Shown here piece by piece: positions 1 to 7,539 of a DNA stretch of 13,045 nucleotides (its first letter is position 1; each line of letters starts with the position of its first letter). Below the pieces are notes generated by a model. That model saw only the letters and a list, made by a program, of their open reading frames with translations, did not search any database and was not told where the DNA came from. The DNA is taken from positions 1 through 13,045 of the forward strand of contig DAOWGI010000120.1 of NCBI GenBank assembly GCA_030637655.1, written 5' to 3'. The translations under genes and the position numbers were made by a program. The stretch is from a candidate division FCPU426 bacterium. Lineage in GTDB: Bacteria > Oederibacteriota > JAAXVQ01 > JAUVAV01.

Positions 1-1
1 A

Positions 2-142
2 TTGGCTATGGCCTGGGTAGCGGGTAGTTGGGAAGCATCTGCAAAGCGCCACTTACCCAGTACAAGACCCATGACTAGCTACCACCGTTTTGAGCACTGG
101 GTACGAAATCAGGCGCTGTGCTTCCGATTGCACCCGCCATAA
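2..142 (+). CDS. 3' end of an ORF entering from the left edge, possibly a transposase C-terminus (LAMAWVAGSWEASAKRHLPSTRPMTSYHRFEHWVRNQALCFRLHPP*)
   Basis: Frame +2 is open from the window edge to TAA at 140-142. It is followed about 80 bp later by an IS-like terminus (CTGAGTACTTG, 225-235). Only 46 codons are visible and there is no diagnostic motif. Confidence 0.3.
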   Translation: MAMAWVAGSWEASAKRHLPSTRPMTSYHRFEHWVRNQALCFRLHPP

Positions 143-220
143 AGCTAACTTCCGCACCCGCTCTTACGCCAAGATGCAATAACCCTGGGCTTACTGACCA
201 CGTAGGCACGACGACTCTCC

Positions 221-236
221 CTGTCTGAGTACTTGT
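221..236. mobile_element. Putative right terminal inverted repeat of an insertion sequence
   Basis: The reverse complement CAAGTACTCAGACAG resembles the MITE ends at 5466 (GTAACTACTCAG) and 5679 (GTAATTACTCAG) and the terminus at 12947 (TAACTATTCAGGACAG). Confidence 0.4.
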
Positions 237-577
237 AATGCTGCTGTTGATGATAGGAATTTGGTTTCCAGGAAAAGTTTAACAAAATCCGAAATAGGGT
301 GTCAATGATTAAAAAGGGGCTGTTTAGGCTGTATTTAAACCGATAAAAACGCTAACCTGGTGTCAATCAAGGAGTTTCTCGCAGCCGGCTGCAACTTCAG
401 ATTAAAAACACCTTTCTCATAGGCTGTCGGGATAGTCCTCCCCTATCAACTTATTTTTTCTTCGAGGATAAGCTGTAAATCATCATAAAATTGTTCATAA
501 ATATTATCAGGAATGACGGATTCCGGTGAACCTCGAGCTGTATCTGGAGCAGGTTCAGACCAAAGCCGTAAATGCTT

Positions 578-615
578 AAGTAGAGACAAGGCAATGCCTT
601 GTCTCTACTTTTTTT
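578..615. repeat. GTAG-tagged REP-like perfect palindrome with T-tract; probable intrinsic terminator on + strand
   Basis: AAGTAGAGACAAGGCA-A-TGCCTTGTCTCTACTT has perfect 16-bp arms (578-593 and 595-610) and runs into a T-tract. Confidence 0.75.
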
Positions 616-786
616 GGTATCATTTACATCCTGCAAAGCTATTATTTTTATCTCTCCACCACAACCGAAACAGATGAGCGGATCTGCCGCTGACCCACAC
701 GATGTGGATCAGGCAGGCGGACCAGTACGGTGAAAGCCTGCCTACATCCCTGCAGACTTCGGTCACTCTACTTTCTTTCTACTTTC

Positions 787-815
787 TTGCAACTCAAACC
801 TAAAAATGGGATAAT
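787..815 (+). promoter_or_regulatory. Sigma70-type promoter for the P-type ATPase
   Basis: TTGCAA (787-792), a 17-nt spacer and GATAAT (810-815), with an extended -10 TG at 807-808. RBS GGAGG at 852-856. Confidence 0.55.
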
Positions 816-863
816 ATTTTTTTATATATCAAAGTTCTTTTTTACATTTCCGGAGGTTTTGTT

Positions 864-3566
864 ATGAGCAATTGGTTCTCACTTAATAAGGACGCGGTAC
901 TTAAACAACTGGCCACCACCGGTAAGGGCCTGACTAATCAGGAAGTACGGCAGCGGCATAGCAAATACGGCAGAAACATTCTCCCGGATCCTCCACCGGT
1001 TCCTTTGTGGAAAATTTTATTCCGTCAATTCGCGGACTTTCTCATTCTCATTTTATTGCTGGCCGCAGTGGTGAGTGTGTTTATGCACGAATGGCGGGAC
1101 GCGATTGCCATTATTGTCATCGTGGTACTCAACGGCTGTCTCGGTTTTTTTCAGGAGCTCAAAGCTGAACATGCCATGGCAGAATTGAAAAAGATGATGC
1201 TCATGTCCAGCCAGGTCATGCGCAATGGCGAACGAACTATGCTGGATGTGGCGGAGCTGGTTCCGGGCGATCTGGTTTTCCTCGAGGCCGGCGAACGTGT
1301 TCCTGCTGATATCTACTTGTTGTCTGCCAGTGACTGCCTGGTGATCGAGGCTGTGCTCACCGGCGAAGCGGCTCCGGTTCGCAAAAAAACGGGTACTTTA
1401 GCGGAAAATACACCTCTGGCTGAACGCGTCAATATGCTCTACTGCGGAACAGTATTATGCAATGGTACAGTCACCGGTGTTGTCGTAGACACCGGCGGCC
1501 ATACCGAGTTCGGCAAGATTGCCGAATTGACCGGTTCCACACCTGAAGAACCCTCTCCCCTGCAACTCCAGACCTCACAGCTGGCTAAAAAACTCGGTCT
1601 GTTGGGCGGCGGGCTCTGTGCCTTGATTGTATTACTGGGTTCTCTGCAGGGTTTTCCCATTAAAAATATGTTTATGTTCGGTATTTCTCTAGCCGTGGCT
1701 GCCATTCCCGAGGGATTACCGGCAGTACTAACCATCACCTTGGCCTTGGGCATGAAAAAAATGCTGACCAAACGCTGCCTGGTGCGGCGCTTAACCGCTA
1801 CGGAAACACTGGGAGCAACCAGTGTTATTTGCACGGACAAAACCGGCACTCTGACTAAAAACGAGATGACTGTCACCCAATTGGTAGTTCCAGAGCCTTT
1901 CTTTTTCAACCAGGATATTGTCCGGGTACAAGGTACCGGCTATACACCGCAAGGAGCGATACTTCTCCAGGGTGAAAACGCGTCCACTCATAAGGATGTC
2001 CGGCAACTGTTGGAAGCTTCGATACTCTGCACTCATGCCGGCATTGAACAGAAACTCGGACAGTGGCTGGCTATTGGTGATCCCACCGAAGCGGCTTTGG
2101 TGGTGGCCGGGAAAAAAGCCAACCTTACAGTAAAAAACTTGGTCGGTGATACTCAAACTGTGGGTGAGATTAGTTTTGATTCCGACCGTAAACGCATGAG
2201 CATGGCCTGGCAGCGGACAAACGGAATTCATTTGTATGTGAAAGGCGCGCCGGAGATGGTGCTGGATAGCTGTACTAAGGTCAATCTCCAGGGAAAGCCT
2301 ATGCCCTTTACTCCTGACCAGCGTCAAGCCATTATTGAACAGAACAAAAAAATGGCCGCCGAAGGGATTCGGGTACTGGCTGTGGCTAACCGCGCATTGC
2401 CCAACACCGGCTTGCCGACAGATACCTGGGAACAAGAGCTTACCTTCTTGGGGCTGGTCGGTATTATTGATCCTCCCCGTAACGAGGCTGCAGCGGCAGT
2501 TAAAGCCGCGCACTCGGCCGGCATCCAGATTGCTGTTGCTACCGGAGATAATGCTTTAACCGCCGGCGCGATTGGCAAAGCCATTGGTCTGAAATTTGAC
2601 AAAGTGATAACCGGCACTGATCTGGACAATACCTCAGAGGATGAGTTGCAGCAAATATTGCAAGGGAAAGACACCTTGTTTGCCCGTGTCACGCCCGCGC
2701 ATAAGATGCGCCTGGCCAAAGCGTGTCAGACCATGGGCAAGATCTGCGCCATGACCGGGGATGGCGTCAATGATGCTCCTGCTCTGCGCCAAGCCAATGT
2801 GGGTATTGCCATGGGTCAAAAAGGCAGCGATGTGGCCAAAGGCGCTGCGGACATAATTCTTCTGGATGACAGTTTTTCTTCTCTGGTGGCAGGCATCCAG
2901 GAAGGCCGGCGTCAATTTTCAAATATTAAAAAATTCATCTGGTACATGCTATGCAGCAATTTCGGAGAAGTCATCATTCTCACTGCCGGTCTCTTTCTGG
3001 GTTGGAAAGTATTGGTTTTGCTCCCGGTTCAAGTGTTATGGTTAAACATGGTAACCGACGGCGCTACAGCCCTGGCACTGGGATTCGAAAACCCCGAACC
3101 TGGTATAATGAACAAAAAACCGCGCGATCCCAAAGCTCCGCTACTGTCAGGTAAGGCCATACTGCTATTGGGCGGCATCGGTCTTTACAAGGCCGTCTTT
3201 ATCTTATGGGTCTTTTATCAGCATTGGCACGTATTGGGAAACCGAAGTGAATCCGGACTGCTCATCGCGCAAACCATGGCGCTCACCGGCATGGTGGTGT
3301 TTAGCAAGATCAATGTTTTTAATTTCCGTGCCTTGGAAAATCCTTTGAACAAGATCGGGTTCTTTTCCAACCGCTTCCTAATTATCGCCGTGATTATGAC
3401 TTTTCTGGTCCAGATCGCCGCGGTATATACCCCGTTTTTGCAAAACTATCTAAGCACCACCGCTATTCCGGTACACTATTGGTTCCAACTCGCGGGAATG
3501 GCGCTGCCTTTGCTTATCATTGGTGAGGTGTACAAAACTATCATTTCCCGCCGTACACCTGGGTAG
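864..3566 (+). CDS. Cation-translocating P-type ATPase, P2A (SERCA/Ca2+-ATPase-like) subfamily, 900 aa
   Basis: Motifs LTGE, AIPEGL, DKTGTLT (phosphorylation site), GDPTE, KGAPE, DPPR, TGD and MTGDGVNDAPAL. M5 SNFGE and M6 LWLNMVTDG. N-terminal GLT..V..R...YG.N motif and a strong RBS. Confidence 0.96.
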   Translation: MSNWFSLNKDAVLKQLATTGKGLTNQEVRQRHSKYGRNILPDPPPVPLWKILFRQFADFLILILLLAAVVSVFMHEWRDAIAIIVIVVLNGCLGFFQELKAEHAMAELKKMMLMSSQVMRNGERTMLDVAELVPGDLVFLEAGERVPADIYLLSASDCLVIEAVLTGEAAPVRKKTGTLAENTPLAERVNMLYCGTVLCNGTVTGVVVDTGGHTEFGKIAELTGSTPEEPSPLQLQTSQLAKKLGLLGGGLCALIVLLGSLQGFPIKNMFMFGISLAVAAIPEGLPAVLTITLALGMKKMLTKRCLVRRLTATETLGATSVICTDKTGTLTKNEMTVTQLVVPEPFFFNQDIVRVQGTGYTPQGAILLQGENASTHKDVRQLLEASILCTHAGIEQKLGQWLAIGDPTEAALVVAGKKANLTVKNLVGDTQTVGEISFDSDRKRMSMAWQRTNGIHLYVKGAPEMVLDSCTKVNLQGKPMPFTPDQRQAIIEQNKKMAAEGIRVLAVANRALPNTGLPTDTWEQELTFLGLVGIIDPPRNEAAAAVKAAHSAGIQIAVATGDNALTAGAIGKAIGLKFDKVITGTDLDNTSEDELQQILQGKDTLFARVTPAHKMRLAKACQTMGKICAMTGDGVNDAPALRQANVGIAMGQKGSDVAKGAADIILLDDSFSSLVAGIQEGRRQFSNIKKFIWYMLCSNFGEVIILTAGLFLGWKVLVLLPVQVLWLNMVTDGATALALGFENPEPGIMNKKPRDPKAPLLSGKAILLLGGIGLYKAVFILWVFYQHWHVLGNRSESGLLIAQTMALTGMVVFSKINVFNFRALENPLNKIGFFSNRFLIIAVIMTFLVQIAAVYTPFLQNYLSTTAIPVHYWFQLAGMALPLLIIGEVYKTIISRRTPG

Positions 3567-3676
3567 GAACAAGGGGCCGGTTGTGTCCAAGTTTATTCAT
3601 TAATACCTTACGTCTTAAATTCTTGCTTTTTTGGCAAGAAAATTACTCGCCGTAAAAAAGAGCGCAAATAATTTCT

Positions 3677-3743
3677 TTTGACAGGATAACAGGATTGACA
3701 AAACTTATTTAAAATCCCGTATAATCTTGTTGATCCTGTCAAA
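3677..3743. repeat. GACAGGAT-type inverted repeat between convergent genes; possible bidirectional terminator
   Basis: TTTGACAGGATAACAGGATT (3677-3696) pairs with AATCTTGTTGATCCTGTCAAA (3723-3743), with one bulge and one G-T. Confidence 0.7.
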
Positions 3744-3783
3744 GATCTTTGGTTCCAGCTTGTCCGGGTTAGGGTATTGGCTC

Positions 3784-5418
3784 CTAAGGTTTTTCTGTTT
3801 CCAATGGCTTCTCAGGCAATCTGGCAATAATGACTTTCATGCTCGGATCTTTTGAATCAACAAATGTCTGTACAATTTCCAATTCCGAGAATTTGTAGTT
3901 GTCCACAAAATACTCAAAATACACTTCCAAGGTGCTCTCAAATTCGCACAAATATGTAATTTTCCGCTTTTGGAAATATTCTCCCAGGGTCTTATTTTTC
4001 ATATTAGCCAATATGTCATTGTTGGCCACACCATCCAGATTGATGACAGTCCGGTCTGACCAGAAGCCATAGATCCCGGCATTGAACGCGCCTACCCGGG
4101 CAGGGGTTGGAATGTTGTCTTGCATCCATATAGCCGCTTGATACATGATGGTCTGCTGCGGGTGCTGGGTCTGTTTGACGATCATGGCATAGGTGGAAAG
4201 TGATAAGTAGACAACCACACCCACTACCGTGGTTATGGCTGCCTGCTTTTTCATTTTCCAGTCAAAACCGGAAAGCCACAGGCAAAAAACCGGCAGCAAA
4301 ACAATAAGCATAGCGTAAAAATAACGCCAAAACGAGGCACGATGGTGGATGGAATAATAGCAGAACATCAAAACCGCATACGCAATCCCAAACCCAAATA
4401 TCCCCCAATGTCCTTTCACTTTTTTCCAGGACCAGGGAAAACGACCAAGCATAAATCCCAGGACAAAAAATGGAATTAAAAGAAAGAAAACCAAATAGCG
4501 CTTAGGAACTGTATACGGAATACCCAGCAGCATATTCCCCAAAATATACACATTCCAGGCAATGTTCCGGATTATCTCTTTTAAATAATCAATAGCTCCG
4601 GCTTGATACCCATGATATTTCTCAAAATGAAGTTGGGCAATATAGGGAAATATTTTCCCGGAATCCTGCTCAATGGTCCCAAAATTGAAAATATTCCAGA
4701 GCAGCCAGGGAGAGGTTACCAGCAGTGCGGCCAGGAGCGCCACTGCATAGTGAATCAGTTGAGCTTTTGAAATATCACGCCGGAAGACCCGCCAGAGTCC
4801 GTCGCCGGCAACCAGAAACGGGAAAAAGATGCCCTCGGTCCTGGCTAAAAAGGTCAGACCAACAGTAACTCCCAGCAGCCCCCATTCCCACAACTTTGTG
4901 CTGCGGGCTATCCGTAGCCGAAGATACAGATAAACTGAACAGGCAAGCAGCAATCCATAGAGCGCTGTCTCCATGCCATTCAAATCCAGGGCAACCACAT
5001 AGGGATTAAAACCATAGAGCGCAAATGCTAAAAAACCCAGGAATTTATTTCGCGTAACCTGCTGTACAATACAATAGATAAGGTACGCGGTTAGAACTCC
5101 AAACATACTGGACAGCGTGAGCAGAAGATGGGTGGTCAATTCCCTGGCTAACTGCAATTTCAATACCAGCGAACACAGTAAAAAATAGAGTGGATGAAAA
5201 CCATTGGTTCTGCTCAGTCCGTCAAAGGTTAGGCCCTCGCCGGACACAAAACGCCTGGCCAGGGTGAGATAATAATACATATCATCCGAGACTGTGAAAA
5301 TCAGCAGGTTTTCCACCGGCTGCCAAGCCAGCAGCAGGCGTGTAAACAAGGCAAAAATACCCAGGAAGAGCAGTGCTTTGTTCTCTTCCTGGGTGAAAAA
5401 TCCCAGAGAGCTACGCAT
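3784..5418 (-). CDS. Polytopic membrane glycosyltransferase, GT-C fold (ArnT/PMT-like), 544 aa
   Basis: More than 10 hydrophobic segments. Acidic DD motif after TM1 (SDDMYYY), plus TNGFHPL, NGMET, LARTEG and PW..WN. C-terminal extracytoplasmic domain with NAGIYGF..VINLDG. Substrate unknown. Confidence 0.78.
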   Translation of the reverse strand: MRSSLGFFTQEENKALLFLGIFALFTRLLLAWQPVENLLIFTVSDDMYYYLTLARRFVSGEGLTFDGLSRTNGFHPLYFLLCSLVLKLQLARELTTHLLLTLSSMFGVLTAYLIYCIVQQVTRNKFLGFLAFALYGFNPYVVALDLNGMETALYGLLLACSVYLYLRLRIARSTKLWEWGLLGVTVGLTFLARTEGIFFPFLVAGDGLWRVFRRDISKAQLIHYAVALLAALLVTSPWLLWNIFNFGTIEQDSGKIFPYIAQLHFEKYHGYQAGAIDYLKEIIRNIAWNVYILGNMLLGIPYTVPKRYLVFFLLIPFFVLGFMLGRFPWSWKKVKGHWGIFGFGIAYAVLMFCYYSIHHRASFWRYFYAMLIVLLPVFCLWLSGFDWKMKKQAAITTVVGVVVYLSLSTYAMIVKQTQHPQQTIMYQAAIWMQDNIPTPARVGAFNAGIYGFWSDRTVINLDGVANNDILANMKNKTLGEYFQKRKITYLCEFESTLEVYFEYFVDNYKFSELEIVQTFVDSKDPSMKVIIARLPEKPLETEKP

Positions 5419-5465
5419 GGGTACCCTTTGTATACGTTTTTTGAAATTCTAATGACTTGAAATTC

Positions 5466-5679
5466 GTAACTACTCAGGTCTGCAAGGAGCAGGGCGCTTT
5501 GGTCTTTTTTCAAGCGTGGCAGCGGTAACTGCGAAGATGTGGTTTAGAAAAGCATATCCCCCTATTGCCCGTTACCCGCCTGGACCCTGGTTTTCCGCTT
5601 GGCAATGCTTGAAAAAAGACCAACGTGACCTGCCAAACGTGAACATTTGAATACTTTTTTTACCCATCTGAGTAATTAC
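5466..5679. mobile_element. 214-bp MITE with 12-bp TIRs, an imperfect 8-bp target duplication and a long internal hairpin
   Basis: GTAACTACTCAG (5466-5477) and CTGAGTAATTAC (5668-5679) match 11/12 as an inverted pair. Flanks TGAAATTC (5458-5465) and TAAAATTC (5680-5687) match 7/8. Internal perfect 17-bp IR TTGGTCTTTTTTCAAGC (5499-5515) / GCTTGAAAAAAGACCAA (5607-5623). Confidence 0.72.
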
Positions 5680-6917
5680 TAAAATTCAAACTTGATTTCA
5701 GACAAGCGCGCTTTGATTTCCTCAACTACTTTTTTCTCCGCTTCCAGTGTGGGCGCGTCAAAGGTGACGGAAAAACGGACAAACGGACCGGCGTCATCCC
5801 ACGGAACAGTTGAAATCAGCTTCTCACGGATCATAAACTGAGAAAAATCCTCCGCCGACTCAAATTTCCGGCCACCCTGCACGCCTCGGGGAGCCGGCAT
5901 ATATAGATAAAATGTTCCTTGGGGTTTGTGAGCAGCAAAACCAAGCGATTTCAAAGCAGCTGCCAACATACTCAAACGCCGGGAATATTTTTCTACAGTC
6001 TTGGCAGTAATTTCCGGATGATCCAGGCAATACACACCCGCGTGTTGAATGGCTTTGAACTGGCCGGAATCATTGTTATCTTTCACAGTGGCAAAAGCTT
6101 TGACCACCTGTTCATTGCCCGCCACAAAAGCCAGACGCCAGCCGGTCATATTAAATGCTTTGGAGATGGAGTGGATACTTACGCCTACTTCTTTGGCACC
6201 CGGTACTGACAGAAAGGATAGCGGTTTCTCCTCAGCATAGGTTAAGGCCGCGTACGCCTCATCCGAGATTACCACCACATTGTTGGTCTTGGCAAAAGCA
6301 ATCACTTTTTCATAGAAAGCTCTGGTTGCCACAGCGCCGGTCGGATTATTCGGGTAATTAATATAAAGCAGCTTGGCGCGCTTTTTCTGATCCTCAGTTA
6401 AAGCATCCAGATCCGGCAAAAAACCATTCTCTTTGAGCAAGGGCATATTAACCACTTCTCCGCCCAGCCACTTGGAAATCGAGCCCAAAACCGGATAACC
6501 CGGCACAGTCATTAGCGTTATATCCCTGGGATTAATAAAAGCATATGGCATCAAGGCCAGGGCCGGTTTGGAACCAATGGCATGTACCACTTCATTGACC
6601 GGGTCCAAGCCGGATACATTAAAAACTTTTTCCATATACCGGACCGCCGCCGCCTTGAACTCCTGAATACCATTGTCCGCGTAGCCGCGGTTTTCCGGAC
6701 ATTTGGCCTGTCGGACCAGCTCCTCAATTACTTCAGGTTCTGCCATCCAGTCCGGTTCTCCCACACCCATATCAATAAGTTCCATATCCGGATGCGCCTG
6801 CAAGGCTTTAGCCTTGGCGCGTTTGATTTTTTCGAATTTGTAAATCACTGTGGATTTGCCAAATTGATTGCCGCCCAACCGGTCGGCGATTAATTCCTGA
6901 ATATATGTGTCTTCCAT
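5679..6917 (-). CDS. dapL: LL-diaminopimelate aminotransferase (PLP-dependent class I/II aminotransferase), 412 aa
   Basis: DMGVGEPD, GSK, PGYPV, NYPNNPTG, DEAY, PLP-lysine motif SISKAFNMTGWR, and KDNNDSGQF..IQ. The N-terminal R.GG..FGK...YKFEKIKRAK is typical of this DapL subgroup. RBS GGAG upstream. Confidence 0.87.
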   Translation of the reverse strand: MEDTYIQELIADRLGGNQFGKSTVIYKFEKIKRAKAKALQAHPDMELIDMGVGEPDWMAEPEVIEELVRQAKCPENRGYADNGIQEFKAAAVRYMEKVFNVSGLDPVNEVVHAIGSKPALALMPYAFINPRDITLMTVPGYPVLGSISKWLGGEVVNMPLLKENGFLPDLDALTEDQKKRAKLLYINYPNNPTGAVATRAFYEKVIAFAKTNNVVVISDEAYAALTYAEEKPLSFLSVPGAKEVGVSIHSISKAFNMTGWRLAFVAGNEQVVKAFATVKDNNDSGQFKAIQHAGVYCLDHPEITAKTVEKYSRRLSMLAAALKSLGFAAHKPQGTFYLYMPAPRGVQGGRKFESAEDFSQFMIREKLISTVPWDDAGPFVRFSVTFDAPTLEAEKKVVEEIKARLSEIKFEF

Positions 6918-6988
6918 TTCAACCTGCTCCCTGGCGAATTATTTCGAAATAAAATAACACAAAAGAGGTTTTTTTAAAAGGGTTTCAA

Positions 6989-7154
6989 GTAGGGGCGAAA
7001 CCATGTTTTCGCCCCTGACTAGGTTTATGTCCCGGTTTTGTTGCCACCTGTTTTTTAAGGGCGATCACATGGAATCGCCCTTACGGTATTATTAATCCTT
7101 TTAATCAATTCAACCCCATTCATTCGCCGGGCGAATACATAGATTCGCCCTTAC
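6989..7154. repeat. Cluster of three GTAG/GTAA-tagged REP palindromes
   Basis: GTAGGGGCGAAACCATGTTTTCGCCCCT (6989-7016, +), GTAAGGGCGATTCCATGTGATCGCCCTT (7057-7084, -) and GTAAGGGCGAATCTATGTATTCGCCC (7129-7154, -). Each is a tetranucleotide tag followed by a GGGCGA..TCGCCC stem. Confidence 0.85.
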
Positions 7155-7198
7155 ATTTTAAATATCCAACCTGCACATTTATATATCTAGGAACACTG

Positions 7199-7254
7199 TT
7201 GTCCAAATTAAAAATCAGCAACCACGGACGAACACTGATTTTTAATTTGGACAA
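7199..7254. repeat. Perfect 20-bp inverted repeat with a 16-nt loop
   Basis: TTGTCCAAATTAAAAATCAG (7199-7218) pairs with CTGATTTTTAATTTGGACAA (7235-7254). Confidence 0.85.
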
Positions 7255-7280
7255 TAATATTTTGAAATACGCTTTTTCTT

Positions 7281-7340
7281 GGAGATTCCTCACTGCAATA
7301 TTTTTTCAGGATGGATTGGATTTCTGTTTTTAGGTATCAT
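7281..7340 (-). pseudogene. higA: Remnant of a HigA/VapI-family antitoxin (N-terminus only)
   Basis: ATG at 7340 gives MIPKNRNPIHPEKILQ* (TGA at 7290-7292). Removing one base restores ..ILQEE.., matching the HigA N-terminal pattern P.HPGEIL.EEF. The HTH part is absent. Confidence 0.6.
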
Positions 7341-7360
7341 TTCAAACACTTCACCACATA

Positions 7361-7475
7361 CAGGTAATGCCCCGTGGCTTGCCACGGGGATACCGCATAC
7401 CCTCTCCCTTAGGGAGAGGGATAAAGGGTGAGGGTCACCTTAACATGCCCTGCGGCTTGCCGCGGGGTAATTGAC
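7361..7475 (+). mobile_element. Non-autonomous IS200/IS605-like element (two terminal hairpins in direct orientation, no tnpA/tnpB)
   Basis: ATGCCCCGTGGCTTGCCACGGGG (7367-7389) and ATGCCCTGCGGCTTGCCGCGGGG (7445-7467). The second hairpin is followed by TAATTGAC, resembling an IS605-type right end. The left boundary is approximate. Confidence 0.62.
7400..7434. repeat. CCCTCTCCC-N3-GGGAGAGGG-N4-AGGGTGAGGG palindromic repeat nested in the IS200/IS605-like element
   Basis: A perfect 9-bp stem (7400-7408 and 7412-7420) followed by AGGGTGAGGG (7425-7434). Confidence 0.75.
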
Positions 7476-7491
7476 TGTAGTTAATTCAGCC

Positions 7492-7515
7492 CGAATGTCT
7501 AGTAAATGTCTAGTT
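7492..7515. repeat. Downstream copy of a 24-bp direct repeat flanking fic (two ATGTCTAGT boxes, 11-bp period)
   Basis: CGAATGTCTAGTAAATGTCTAGTT matches CGAACGTCTAGTATATGTCAAGTT at 8601-8624 at 21/24 positions. Confidence 0.75.
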
Positions 7516-7539
7516 AATCTTCTGGTAATTAGAGGTCGC

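Noticed and set aside
420..440. TAGGCTGTCGGGATAG (and GGAGCTGTCGCC near 9586) as IS termini
   Set aside because: No partner inverted repeat or target duplication was found, and the matches are too short to support.
451..636. 61-aa minus-strand ORF
   Set aside because: It has a non-ATG start, runs through a REP palindrome and shows no protein-like features.
664..763. Hammerhead ribozyme (CAGATGAG...GAAA) or yybP-ykoY/M-box riboswitch before the ATPase
   Set aside because: The core reads CAGATGA rather than CTGATGA and stem II does not close properly. Riboswitch consensus motifs are absent, and the element lies upstream of the predicted promoter.
1439..3154. Six ORFs overlapping the P-type ATPase (1439-1909, 1791-2513, 1918-2133, 2324-2719, 2335-2559, 2634-2915) plus 2951-3154
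   Set aside because: They are antisense or alternate-frame shadows of a well-supported gene and have no motifs.
5301..5513. 70-aa minus-strand ORF
   Set aside because: It starts inside the MITE and overlaps the glycosyltransferase out of frame.
5919..6893. Four + strand ORFs inside dapL
   Set aside because: Antisense shadows with no recognisable features.
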